DNA of 64,000 bases from Anaeramoeba ignava BMAN (lineage: Eukaryota > Protista > Anaeramoebae), in contig JAPDFW010000011.1 of the NCBI GenBank assembly GCA_028826165.1, positions 434,001 to 498,000 on the forward strand, read 5' to 3'. The notes below the pieces were generated by a model that was not told the DNA's origin, ran no database searches, and was given only the letters and a program-made list of their open reading frames with translations. Shown in pieces: positions 14,301-27,789 of this stretch. Position 1 is the first letter of the stretch; every line of letters starts with the position of its first letter. The position numbers and the translations under genes were made by a program.

Positions 14301-15088
14301 TAGCAAATTTAATTCAAAAAAATATGGAGAAAAAGGGAATCAAATTCATGATAAATACAACAGTAAAAAATATTGAAAAACAAAAAGAAAATTATGAAGT
14401 AACATTTTGTGAGCATGATTTAAAACATCAAAAATTGGAAAATTTTGAAACTGTAATTTCAGCAATTGGAAGAGATCCAAGAACATTTGGATTAAATTTA
14501 GAGAAAATTGGAGTTTCAATGAATAAAAAGGGGAAAATCATACATGAAAATGAACAAACAAATATCAAAAACATTTATGCTATTGGAGATGTTTTAGAAA
14601 CAGATTATGAATTAACTCCTGTTGCAATAATGCAAGGAAAATTATTAGCGCAAAGATTGTTTTCCAATTTAAAAACTAAAATGGATTATTCACTTATTCC
14701 AACAACGGTTTTTACTCCACTTGAATATGGATTTGTTGGTCTTTCTGAAGAAGATGCAATCAAAAAATATAAACAAGAAAATATTGAAGTTTATCATTCT
14801 TTTATTACTCCTTTGGAATTCACAGTTCCTCATGTTGGGGAAAATGAGACTTATTTGAAAGTCATTTGCAATAAGTTAGAAAATGAAAAAATTATTGGGA
14901 TTCATTATCTTGGTCCTAATGCTGGTGAAATTATTCAAGGATTTGCTGTTGCAATTAAAATTGGACTTACAAAAAACCAATTAACTTCAAGTGTTGGTAT
15001 TCATCCAACTTGTGCTGAGAATTTCACTACATTGGATATAACAAAACGTTCTGGTGAAAATCCAAAGAAAACTGGTTGCTGAGGTTAA
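11354..15088 (+). CDS. TXNRD: High-Mr thioredoxin reductase, selenoprotein (C-terminal G-C-U-G), with an N-terminal presequence-like extension
   Basis: Exons 11354-11951 and 14097-15088. Motifs GGGSGG (FAD), GGTCVNVGCIPKK (CVNVGC redox centre), IGASYIALE, TVFTPLEYG and GIHPT. The end reads ACT GGT TGC TGA GGT TAA = TGC-U-G-stop. Confidence 0.96.
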
Positions 15089-15119
15089 GCTATCTCTCTG
15101 TTAATTAAGGATTATTTAA

Positions 15120-15700
15120 TTTTTATCAATTTTAAATCAAATTTATATCAAATTTATATTAATTTTATATCAATTTTAAATTAATTTTATATCAATTTTA
15201 TATTAATTTTAAATCAATTTTATATTAATTTTATATCAATTTTATATTAATTTTATATCAATTTTATATCAATTTTAAATATCAATTTTAAATCAATTTT
15301 AAATCAATTTTAAATCAATTTTAAATCAATTTTAAATCAATTTTAAATCAATTTTAAATCAATTTTATATCAATTTTAAATCAATTTTAAATCAATTTTA
15401 TATCAATTTTAAATCAATTTTATATCAATTTTAAATCAATTTTAAATCAATTTTATATCAATTTTAAATCAATTTTATATTAATTTTATATTAATTTTAA
15501 ATCAATTTTATATTAATTTTATATTAATTTTAAATCAATTTTAAATTAATTTTAAATCAATTTTATATCAATTTTATATCAATTTTAAATCAATTTTAAA
15601 TCAATTTTAAATCAATTTTAAATCAATTTTAAATCAATTTTATATTAATTTTAAATTAATTTTAAATCAATTTTATATTAATTTTAAATCAAAATTTTAA
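15120..15700. repeat. Tandem repeat (ATCAATTTTAA/T-type, about 12 bp) in the TrxR 3' UTR, bracketed by an imperfect inverted repeat
   Basis: Directly visible. The arms are at about 15089-15135 and 15704-15747. Confidence 0.85.
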
Positions 15701-15774
15701 ATTGAAAGTTGAAAAATTAAATAATCTATTAAATAACAAAAGAGAGCTAATTCCTTTTAAATTCTTTTTTTTTT

Positions 15775-15843
15775 GAATTGTTATAAATGAAAATTTTTTC
15801 TGAAACTATTTAATTAGAGGAAAAAATTTGAACATAACAATTT
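15775..15843 (+). promoter_or_regulatory. SECIS element (type II) in the TrxR 3' UTR
   Basis: Helix I GAATTGTTAT/ATAACAATTT. Core ATGA at 15787-90 opposite TGAA at 15829-32. Helix II AAATTTTTTCT/GGAAAAAATTT. Apical AAA at 15803-05, 12 nt after ATGA, followed by the mini-stem CTA...TAG. Confidence 0.88.
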
Positions 15844-15933
15844 CCAAAAAAAAAATTCTTTTTTTTTTCCAAATAAAATTTTTTCATTTTTTTCATTTTT
15901 TTTCTTTTCCATTTTTTGTTTATTTAAAAGTAA

Positions 15934-18644
15934 ATGAGTAATCAAGAAAATAATCAAGAAAATAATCAAGAAGATAATCAAGAAAATAATAATCATAATA
16001 ATAATAATAATCAAGAAGATAATAATTTACAAAATAAAGAAATTGATTTAAATTCAAGTAAAAGAAAAAAAATAGAAAAAAAAAAAAGAAAAAATTTATT
16101 AAAATTATTTTTTATAGTTTTTTATGAAGATCCAAAAATTGATAGAAGTAATTGGATGACAAAAGTTATGAAACAAAATCCTGAGATAAGAGATCTTTAT
16201 GAAAGAGTTAATCCACTTAGAAGAACAGAAACGTAATTCAAATTAACTAAAAAAATTTATTAAAAAAAAATCAAATTTTTCGTTTTTTTTTTTTAATAAA
16301 TAGTTTTATTGATATTTTTTGCCCAAAATTATCTGAAGCACAAGAACAATCAGTTAGAAAATCAACAATTCAATTAATTATGCAACATTTAGATTATTTA
16401 GGTTTAAAGGAATCAAAAGATATTCTTGAAGAAGAAAGCAAAATTAAATGTAAAAAAAAATATTTTCAAAATCAAAAAAATTATTTTGAAAAAAAAAAAG
16501 AATTTTAAATTTGATTTTGAATTTTGATTTTCAATGTTTTTGTGCTTTTTTAGATGAATCTCAAAAAGTTAATGAAAGTAGAATGCAATCTCTTTTGAGA
16601 GAAACTGTAAAAAAAGTTGATTCTATTTGGGATTTAACTTTAAGGAAAGATGATGAATTTTCAAGAGGAGATAGAGCAGAACAACTAGCTGAGCAATTAA
16701 TTAAACTTGGGTTGGGAAATCCAAATAAAATTAAAATTTATTTATAAAATCAAAATTCATTTATAAAATTAAAATTAAAATTAAAATTAAAATTAAAATT
16801 AAAATTAAAATCAATATTAAAATTAAAATTAAAATTAAAATTAAAATTAAAATTAAAATTAAAATTAAAATTTAAAATTAAAATTAAAATTAAAATTCAT
16901 TTATAAAATTAAGTTAAAATTAAAATTAATATTAATATTAAAATTAAAATTAAAATTAAAATTAAAATTAAAATTAAAATTAAAATTAAAATTAAAATTA
17001 AAATTAAAATTAAAATTAAAATTAAGTTAAAATTAAGTTAAAATTAAAATTAAAATTAAAATTAAAATTAAAATTAAAATTAATATTAAAATTAAAATTA
17101 AAATTAATTTAAAATTAAAATCAAAATTAAAATATAAATTAAAATTAAAATTAAAATTAAAATTAAAATTAAAATTAATATTAAAATTAAAATCGGATAA
17201 AAAATTATAAATTAAAATTAAAATTAAAATTATAAATCAAAATTAATTTATGAAATTAAAATTATAGACTCGAAGAAGATGATGAAACTGTTGATGATAT
17301 TTATATTTGGGATGAACCACCTAATAATAATATCATTTACGATGAAAAAAATATATCTACAGGTTTTAAAACAATAAAAGCAGCAAGCTTAAATCAACTT
17401 GTAAAACATTTAACTGATAATGAATACAGAGATTCACATTATTTAGATAAATTTTTAATAACATATCGATCATTTACATCTCCAAAAAAATTATTACGTA
17501 AATTAGAAGAAAGGTAAAAATAAAAATAAAAATGAAAATGAAAATGAAAAAAATTTTTTTTCTTTTCGGGAAAATTTTTAATTATTTTTTCATTTCAATT
17601 TAATAAAGATGGAATGTTCCTTATTCTTCAGATTTATCAGATGAAAAATACGAAAGAGATAAGAAAGCTATTCGAATCAAAATAGGAAATACTTTAAAAA
17701 ATTGGATTGACAAATATCCATCAGATTTTAACGCACAACTCAAACTAGATATTTTGGAATTTATTGATACAAAAATATCGAAAGAATTGAATACACTTTC
17801 ATTACATTTGCGCAAAATGATTACTCAAGATACAAAACAAAAGGCTACATATCAAACAACTTTACTTGAAACACCACCAGAACCAAAAGTTCCGAAAAAT
17901 ATTTTCGATCCAAATTTGAAAATTTTTGACATCGATTCACAAGAAATTGCAAGACAATTAACGCTTCTTGATTTCCAACTATTTTCGGAAATCCAACCAT
18001 CAGAATTACTGAATCAATCATGGAATAATCCGAAATTGAAGCATCGAGCTCCAAATATTGTTTTAATAAACAAAAAAAGTAAAGAAATCACTTCGTGGGC
18101 TAAAGCTTCATTAATCACAATTGAAAACACAAAAATAAGAGCAAAGATACTTGCTCAATTTATTCATATTGCGGAATATTTATACGAACTAAAGAATTTC
18201 CAATCTCTAAATGCAATTTTGCAAGCAATCAAAAATCCTGTTATTATGCATTTGGAAAAAACTTGGAAAAAAATTCCAGATAATTTGGTTATTTCCTTGA
18301 ATAAATTAGTCGAAAAAATTTCACCAAAAGATTCATTTAGTAATTACAGAACTGAAATCAATTCTCTAACTTCTCATTGCATTCTTTTTCTTGAAGTTCA
18401 CCTTCAAGATCTGGAATTAATTGAAAATCAATATCCTGATAATGTTTCTGGTTTAATTAATTTTGAAAAAAGAATATTGATTTATCAAGTTATTACAAAA
18501 ATCCAACAATTTCAACATATTCCTTATAATCTTCATCCTGTTCATCAAATTTCTGTTTTATTGAATAAAGTCCAAGGAATGAATGATCAAGAAATTGAAG
18601 AAAGAGCAAATCGATTAGAATCAAAACCAACAAAAATGAAATGA
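15934..18644 (+). CDS. Ras guanine nucleotide exchange factor (LisH + REM + CDC25 domain; Aimless/GefA-like architecture)
   Basis: Exons 15934-16057, 16118-16232, 16304-16449, 16554-16710, 17268-17513 and 17609-18644. LisH: IQLIMQHLDYLGLKESKDILEEES. REM: IKAASLNQLVKHL...FLITYRSF. CDC25: EIARQLTLLDFQLFSEIQPSELLNQSW, NFQSLNAIL, GLINFEKR. Confidence 0.9.
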
Positions 18645-18769
18645 AATGAAATGAAATTAATTTAAATTAATTTAATTTAATTTGAAATTAAAAAAAAATC
18701 ACTTTTATTTGAATTAAACCGTTTTCAAATCAAAATTAAAAAATGAAAAAATGGAAAAAAAGAAAACTT

Positions 18770-21470
18770 TCATTTCTCAGATTCATATTTCTTAATATAA
18801 AATGCTAACTGTTTCTTTTGTTGAAAAATAATCTTTTTTGCTTCTTTTGTTTGATTTTTTAAATGAGAATATAATTTTCGACTTTTTTCTAAAGATAAAG
18901 ATTCAATATTTGAAACACCAAATTTTGATTTAAGAATTGCTTTTTGATTTTCAATTTCTTTTGATAAGTCTTGAATTTTTTGTTCTTGAATTTGGATTTC
19001 TTTATCAAATTTTTGTTTTTCTTGATCAAAAACTTCAATAATTTGCAAAAATTGAATTTCATGCTCCTCAAGATTTTTGTTTTGAGATTCAATAAGTTTT
19101 TGAGTTTGGATAATTTGATTTTTTGTTTTCTCAATCATTTCCTTTGTTTTGACAATTTCTTTAGTTCTTTCTTCTTCTTCAGAAAATGTTTTTTGACAAA
19201 GAAGAGATAATTCATTTCTTGATTTTTCAAGTTCGGAAATTTTGAAATCAAACCAACTTAAATGGAAAACCAAGTCTTGCTTTTCAAATTCTGTTTCCTG
19301 TTTGAATTTCTCGAACATTTCTTTTTCTTGATCGAGAGTTGCTTGCAAATTATGATTCAAATTTTGTAATTTTTTTTTCTGTTTTTCAAGTTTTTTTTTC
19401 TTTTCATTTAATTCATTAATTTCACTGTGTTTTTCAATTAAATTTTTGCGTTGAATCATTAAAGTATCTTGTTGAGTTTTTTGATGATCAGTTTTTTGCT
19501 TGACTTGAATCACATAATCTGATATTGTTGCTTTTTTCTCTTCTAATTCTTTTTTTTTCTCTTGGATATTCTGTTTAAATTCTGCTTTTTCTTTTACTAT
19601 TTGTTCTTCTAATGCTTTCATTTTGAAAATTAGTGAATCGATTTCTGGTTCTGATTCTCTTAATTCAAGATAGAAAATATCTTCTAAGTTAGTAAAATTC
19701 TGAACTTTTTCTACATCTTGATGGGATTTATGTTTTGCAATCTTTAATTTTAATTTTAATATTTGATTTTGATTTTTAATTTTGATTTTGATTTTGATTT
19801 TAATTTTAATTTTAATTTTAATTTTAATTTTAATTTTAATATTAATATTGATTTTAATTTTAATTTTAATTTTAATTTTAATTTTAATTTTAATTTTAAT
19901 TTTAATTTTAATTTTAATTTTGATTTTAATTTTAATATTGATTTTAATTTTAATTTTAATATTAATTTTAATTTTAATTTTTAATTTTAAATTTTAATTT
20001 TGATTTTAATTTTAATTATTTTGATTTTAATTTTAATTTTAATATTAATTATTAAATTTAATTTTAATTTTGATTTTAATATTAATTTAAATATTTAATT
20101 TTAATTTTAATTTTAATATTAATTTTAATTTACCCAATCTTTTTTTTTATGTTGAAGAATATCCTTTTGAAATTTTTGATAATTTTCAAAAATAAATGAA
20201 GCAACACAAACAATTTTTTCATTTGTTTGCATTGCTTTTTGAGGGTCTATTGGTTGATCTAATGCTTCTTTTGGAAGTTGTTCTTTCAAAATTGAAGGAC
20301 CAAAAATAAGAGCAAGATTTCTCATTCCCATTTTATTAATTTCACTTTTTTCTGAAATTTTTTCAAGAACTTTTGTTAATTTAAAAAGAAATATTAAATT
20401 TGCAAAAGGAAGTTGTTCCAAAATCTCCAAAAGAGAAGGATATTTTTGTTCATCAGGTAATTCTTTTTTGATTTTAATTTTAATTTTGATTTTAATTTTA
20501 TAAATAAATTTTAATTTTGATTTTAATTTTAATTTTAATTTTAATTTTAATTTTAATTTTAATTTTAATTTTGAAAAAAATACCTGAAACAAGTAAAAAT
20601 TTTTCAAATAATGTAAAAGTTAATAAAGGATCAGATAATTCTCTTATAAAACTTTTTAATAAAGCAGAAACTGTGTGAATATCAAGAGATTTTAATACAA
20701 GATTTTCTCCTTTTTGAATTGAACGAATTGCTTCTTGAGTTAATTCTTGACTTGAAGATATTCGAAAAATTCCAACAACTTCCAAACCTTTTATTATTAA
20801 ATTTATTATTAAAATTATTATTAAATTTATTATTAAATTTATTATTATAATTATTATTAAAATTATTATTATATTTATTATTAAATTTATTATTATATTT
20901 ATTATTAAATTTATTATTAAAATTATTATTAAATTTATTATTAAATTTATTATTAAATTTATTATTAAAATTATTATTAAATTTATTATTAAAATTATTA
21001 TTAAATTTATTATTAAATTTATTATTAAATTTATTATTATAATTATTATTAAATTTATTATTAAATTTATTATTAAAATTATTATAAAATTATTAAAATT
21101 TTATTATTAAAATTATTATTAAATTTTTTATTTATTAAATTTATTATTAAATTTATTATTAAAATTATTATTAAAATTATTATTAAATTTATTATTATAT
21201 TTATTATTAAATTTATTATTATATTTATTATTAAATTTATTATTATATTTATTATTAAATTTATTATTATATTTATTATTAAATTTATTATTAATTTATT
21301 ATTAAATTTATTATTAAATTTATTATTAAATTTATTTTACCTCTTTCTAAAATTTCTTGCATTGCTCGTTCAATAATTGGAGGACAAGGAAGGAAATTAT
21401 TAATTTTAGAACCAATAAATTTAAATTTTGGTTGATTTTTTCTTCCAAATACAGTTTTAAATTTTGACAT
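18770..21470 (-). CDS. RhoGAP domain protein with C-terminal coiled coil
   Basis: Exons 21470-21341, 20787-20584, 20462-20134 and 19741-18770. Motifs GLEVVGIFRISS (arginine finger), HTVSALLKSFIRELSDPLLT and NKMGMRNLALIFGPSIL. Confidence 0.9.
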
Positions 21471-21551
21471 AAAAAAGAAAAAAATGAAAAAATGAAATTT
21501 AAAATTTTTTTTATTTTTAAAACAAAAAGAGAATAAAATTCCTTTTTTTTT

Positions 21552-22883
21552 TCAACAACATTTCCGTTTTTTTTCAACTTCATTATTATTTAATGTAATA
21601 TTATGAATATTTAAAAGACTTGATTCCATTTTTTTTTGCAAAACTTTTTCTAAAAGTTTACAGATTTTATTCCAAAATTTAGGAATATTATAATCTGTTT
21701 TGGAAGATATTTCTATGTAAGGAACTTTCTTTTGTGATGCTATTTTTTGAGCTTCTTGTTGAGTTACTTTTCTTAAATTTGGATTTTCCTCAATTTGATC
21801 ATATTTTGTTCCAACAAGAATACAAAAATGATGTTCATCTGCATCTTCAAGTTTTTGGAAATATTTCTCTATTTGTTCAAATCCTTTTCGAAATGTTAAG
21901 TCTTTATTTTTTTGAATTTATTTGGGAATTATTTTTTTTTGTTAAAAAGATTTAAAGATTAAATATTTTTTTTTTGTTGATCATTTTTGGATTGATTTTT
22001 TTTTTACCAAAACAAATGATTACTCCAAATGCTTCTCTAACATAAAAACCTGATAATGTATCATATCTTTCTATTAATTTAAATCAAAATCAAAATCAAA
22101 ATCAAAATCAAAATCAAAATCAAAATTAAAATTAAAATTAAAATTAAAATCAAAATCAAATCAAAATCAAAATCAAAATCAAAATTAAATCAAAATTTAA
22201 AAATCAAAATTTAAAAATCAAAATTAAAATCAAAATCCAAATTAAAATTAAAATCAAAATCAAAATCCAAATCAAAATTAAAATTAAATCCAAAATCAAA
22301 ATTTAAAATCAAAATCAAAATAAATCAAAATTAAAATTTAAAATTAAAATTTAAAATTAATATCAAAATTAAAATCAAAATTAAATCCAAATTAAAATTT
22401 AAAATCAAAATCAAATCAAATTTAAAATTAAAATCAAAATCAAAATCAAAATTAAATTAAATCCAAAATCAAAATTAAAATTTAAAATTAAAATCAAAAT
22501 CAAAATCAAAATTAAAATTAAAATTAAAATTAAAATTAAAATCAAAAATCAAAATCAAAATTAAATAAAAATCAAAATTAAAATCAAAATTAAAATTAAA
22601 ATTAAATCCAAAATCAAAATTAAAATATAAACCTTGTCCTGCAGTATCCCAAAGTGATAACTTTCTAATTTCTCCGTTTTTATTAGTATATTCTTTTGCT
22701 AAATAAAATATTAATTGAAAAATTAAATTAAAAGAAAATTATAAAATTTTTACAAAAAGATTCAACTGAAGTTGTAGGAGTTTGATCTGGAATAAAAATT
22801 CCTGTTTGTAATTTTTTAATTAATGTTGTCTTTCCAACTGATGTTGCTCCTAAAAGAACTACTTTTGGTGCTTTATTATCCAT
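21552..22883 (-). CDS. Divergent Rab-family small GTPase
   Basis: Exons 22883-22754, 22698-22633, 22070-22008 and 21901-21552. Motifs GATSVGKT, WDTAGQERY, GTKYD, EISSK and a C-terminal KKRKCC* prenylation motif. Confidence 0.9.
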
Positions 22884-23005
22884 TAATTTTTTTTTTTGGA
22901 AAATAATAAAAAAAAAGGAAAAAAAATGATTTCCAAATTTTTTCATTTTTTCATTTTTTCATTTTTTCATTTAATCATAAAAAAAGAAAGAAAGAAAGAA
23001 AGAAA

Positions 23006-26000
23006 ATGGAAAATAAAAAATATTACATTTCAAAACTTAAAAATTCAATTAAATTATTTGAAAAATCTTCTCAAATGATTAAAAATTATTTAGAAACAGA
23101 AAAAAGAATAAAACAAGTTAATTTTTATTATTTAATTTTTATTATTTAATTTATTATTATTTAATTTTTATTATTTAATTTTTATTATTATTTAATAGAA
23201 AATATCCAATTTATCTCAAAATAAAAATCAAAATAAAAATCAAAATAAAAATCAAAATCAAAATAAAAATCAAAAGAAAAATCAAAATAAAAATCAAAAT
23301 AAAAATCAAAATAAAAATCAAAATAAAAATCAAAATCAAAAGAAAAACCAAAATGAAAATGAAACAAGAAAAAGCATTATAAAATTGTTAATTTTAGTCA
23401 AGAAAGAATGCTCATCAAATTATTATAATTATTATTTATATAAAAATTATTTATTAGAATATTTTACTGTTGTTCTTAGAAGTTTTAAATCAGAAGAATT
23501 TTCAAAAAAATTATTCCATTTTTTGTTGGAATCAACAATGAAACTTCGAAGAAACACACAAGCAATAGATCAAAACACACTTTTAATTGGCAAATTATGC
23601 TTGATTATTGGATTATCTTTGATCCAAAACCAAAAAACAAAAAAATCACAAAATAAAATGGGAAATGATTTAAATGAATCAAATGAATCAAATGAATTTC
23701 TTCAAAGTTATTTGAATTTGGAAGAGTTTAGATTGAAAAATCAATTATCAAATCAAAATGAAAATCTGACAAAAGATGAGAATGAAAAAAATGAGAAATT
23801 TGAAAATAATTTACAGAAATATTTTATTCAAGAACTCAAACAAAATCCAAATGCATTATGGCTTTTGGAATTGATTCAAATTGATTCAAATGATTTTGAT
23901 TGAAGGAAAAATTTTGAATCAACTTTTATATGATGAACATAATTATCACAATTCAGAATTATTTTACTTGGAAATTTTCAAGCAAATAAATTGGGATATG
24001 ATTTTTATTTGGTTAAATCCTGAACAGATCATCAATTTTGTAATTTTGCCAATCATTTCTGCGTTGAAATTCCACACAAAAAATCACAACTTGGATTTTC
24101 TTTTTTTGCTTGCAAAAGTATTAGTTTTAATAGCAAATACAATTCCTCAACTTTCGAATTTTTGTTATCATATTATTCATCATTCATCTCTTTTTGAGAT
24201 TGTTTCAGCACCTGTTCTTTGCTTACTTGATTTGAAAAACTTTTCTGACAAGAAAATACTTTACCAAGCATTGGATCATATCCACTATCAGCAATATTTT
24301 AGTAAATCTATTGGTGATGATTTTAGTTTTGAGAGAGAATTTGATTCTAAGATTTATTTGCAAGAGATGGAGAAAAAAATGAAAAATTTGAAGAAAAATC
24401 CTAATCAATCAACAATAGGTGTTGGTTTGGAAAATGAAAAGATTAAAAATCAAAGTTTTCCTGAAAATTCATCAATCAAAAATGAAGACGTTAGTCCTAA
24501 TTGGCAAGAATTTAATATGTCTGAAATAAATTTAGAATTTTTGAAATCAGATGTTTTTCATAATGAATCAGAAACGAAATCAAATGAAAATGAAAATGAA
24601 AATGAAAATGAAAATGAAAATGAAAAAAATGAAAATGAAAATAGTAAATACAACAAATTTCTTATATTTTTTGATAGTTTTAATTCACTTTCACCAGAAC
24701 AAAGATATGAATATTTCCATAATTATACAACTTTTGTTTTGAAGGATTCAGTAATTTCAGATAAATTTTTACAGAAAGAGAAAGAAATATCTTCAGCTTT
24801 AAATGGAAATATTACACCACTTCTTGTTCTATTTGCAAACAATATTCAACATTTACTCAGAAAAAAGCAAATGAATCATTATAAGACATTGGGAGAAATT
24901 TATAAAGAAAAATCAATCAAAAGAAAAACTCTTTATAATATCACTTTCTTTATGATAAGAATGTTGTTTCATTTAGCATTTATTTACAAACTTCCCCAAA
25001 TTGTGAATCCTAATATACTATCCAGAATCATTGAATCAACAAAAGAACTAATTTCCGGAATTTGTGCAGAATTTCCTTTTGCAATTTCTTTTCTATTCCA
25101 TGAAATTTGCACACATTTTTGGCTTTTGGATGAAAAGCAATTGCAAATTTTTCTTGTAAAAAACCAAAATTCTATCCAGAAATGGAAACCTGATTTGGAA
25201 ATTATTCACTATTTAGGATTCATGATTTCCCAACATTTTGAATTACCAAGACTTTCTGAAGAAATTTATCAATCTCAAGAAGCATTAAGTAAAAAATCCA
25301 AAACAGAAATGAAAAAAGGCAACTTGCAAAACACAGATCCAAAACTGGATAAAGTTGCTCATACCTTTGAATGGCTACATTTTTTATTCACCCAGAAACC
25401 AAGAAAATTACACAAAAATTATCACAAAAATTTGAACCGCAAGCAAGTCGTATTGGAATACATATTTTTGCGGCAATTAACTGGAAAAATTGTGATCCAA
25501 CTTTGAAATTGAAGATGCTTTCAATTCTCATCACTTTTAATTCAATTATGCCTCAATCAATATATCAAATATTAATTATTGGAAGTGGGAAAACATTTTT
25601 TCAAGCGCCCTATGATTACAACATGGTTCTTCAATTTCTTTCATTTGAACTTGATAAAGTAATTCCTGAATATGGCGTTACTCTATGTCTTTCACAAATT
25701 TTATTAGCACAGAATTTCTTTGTTTATTCACGTAAATCAAATTCTAAAAAACAAAATCCATTGGATTTTTTTATTGAAATTTCTAAAGAAAAAGAAAAAG
25801 AAAAAGAAAAAGAAAAAATTGTGAAAATTCTTCACCAAAAAATTCAATCAAATTCACCCCAATCCAAAGAATCAAACGAAACTTATCAGATAAATCTCAA
25901 ATGGATTCAAGAAAATTGGAATGTTTACTCTCATTTCCAGTTCTTAATCGAAAACAATTTCGATAGTGAGAAAATGTTGATTCTTTTTTGTCGATTAACT

Positions 26001-27713
26001 GATACATTAAAACAGGAAGACTTTTCTCAATTAAATTTCCAAAAAATGAACAATTTACTATTTTCGATTATCCATAAAAATCCAGTGATGATCCAAAAAA
26101 CAATCAAAAACATCACATCAATGGTTGAATCAGGAAGACAACCACAAGCCTTTCTTCGCTTTTGGACAAATGTTGTTTTTTCACAAATATCATCATCAAA
26201 TATTTCAATTAGAAGTCAAAATAGTGAAATTAGGAATTATATGTGCTATCAATTATTTATTCAGCAGAATTCTCTTGATGAAAAACCAATTCTTGTCAAT
26301 AATCTTTCTCTGAAAAATAACGCATTCCTAAATTTATTATCGATTCTAGATTCCGAATTAGCTCAATATGAAGGAAACGTATACTATAAATCATGGATGT
26401 TGAGCAATATTTGGTTCATTTGGTTTCTCATCAAATTCAGCCATTTTGACGATAAAAAATCTCAAAACCAACTTGATATTACAGTTTCCAAAATCAATAT
26501 CATGATCAAATTTGCTAAAAAACTCCAGAAATTCTATTTTTTATTATTTCCTATTTCACATCTTTATTTGCAAATTATTGAGAATGAAATTCCTGGAAAT
26601 GATTTGGAAAATCCAAAAATTTCTAAATTACATTCCATTTTTATTCAAATTTGGAGAAAATCAAAGAAAGAAACGGAAAATTTTGTTGATGAAAATAAAA
26701 AAGAAATTGTTGAAGTTCTTGATGTTTTATTGACAAAATTTAAGTTGATAAACGAAGCATTTGGAAAAAAATTACCAAAAGAGGATCAAAATATTGATGA
26801 AAAAAATGATGGAAAAGAATTTTCTCAAACATCTCATTTATTGATAAAAATTGTTTCCATTTTGACATCATCATCAAATTTGCGAAAAAAAGAAAATCAT
26901 TCACAATCAGTTGAAAAAAATCCACAACTAGAACAAGTAAAGAAAATCAAAAACGAAACAAAAAAATCATCAAATAACGAAACAAAAGAATCACAAAATC
27001 CACTTAATTTTGAAAGAGGAAAATCCATTCATTTCCAAACTATTAAAGAATTCAACGAGATCAAAAACAGAATTTTAAAGAAGTTTCAAATATTAAATGA
27101 AAATTTAGTAAATTTCACTGAAAATTTCCAAGAATTCCAAAAATTCTATGATAAAAACTTGCTTGAAAATTCACCGAATGAAGAACGTTTGAATGGATTT
27201 CGTATTCAATTTTTTCCTTCTTTGAATTCATTGATCCAAGATTTGATCAATTATTCGAGATTAATTGCAAATTTAAAAGAAAAAAAGAGGGAAAGTTTTG
27301 AATGGTTTGATAATTTGAATGAAGTTGAAAAAAATAATTTCGAAAGATATCTTGTGGAAAAAGTTAAAATAATTGATTCAATATCAACAAAAATTGAAGA
27401 TTCAGTTAATAGAATTTCTCGCAATCAAATTTTAATTGATAATTTTTCCGACATGATCAAATATGATTTTCTTCCAAATCAAAAATCAAATGAACTTAGT
27501 ATTTCTTGGTTAATTGTTCTTGGTTTTATTTTGGATTCAAGTTTGGAATTCTATTTAGAACAATTCAATTCGTTTTTGAAATTAAAGTTGAAGGATATTT
27601 TTTCTCATTTCTTTGAATTGAATCAAGAAAATGAATTAATTCAAAAACATGAAAAATGGCTTCAAAATTTCTTTTCAAAAATTGATCGAAATATTTTTCA
27701 AAAGAAAAATTAA
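23006..27713 (+). CDS. Large (~1500 aa) alpha-helical protein, possibly EPG5-like; two apparent frameshifts
   Basis: Exon 23006-23116, intron 23117-23198, then three overlapping ORFs (23385-23903, 23881-25506, 25371-27713) joined by a 10-nt duplication at about 23871-23890 and a T-run at about 25380. The segments KELISGICAEFPFAISFLF...WKP...IFAAINW recall EPG5 from memory only. Confidence 0.55.
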
Positions 27714-27789
27714 AATTAAAAATAAAAAATTTTCATTTTTTTCATTTCCAAAAAAACAAAACAAAACAAAACAAAACAAATTTTAATTA

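Noticed and set aside
15080-15082. TGA reassigned to Trp (alternative genetic code)
   Set aside because: TGG encodes Trp throughout and TGA terminates other genes (both Rabs, RasGEF, NAT10). Sec recoding with a SECIS explains this codon.
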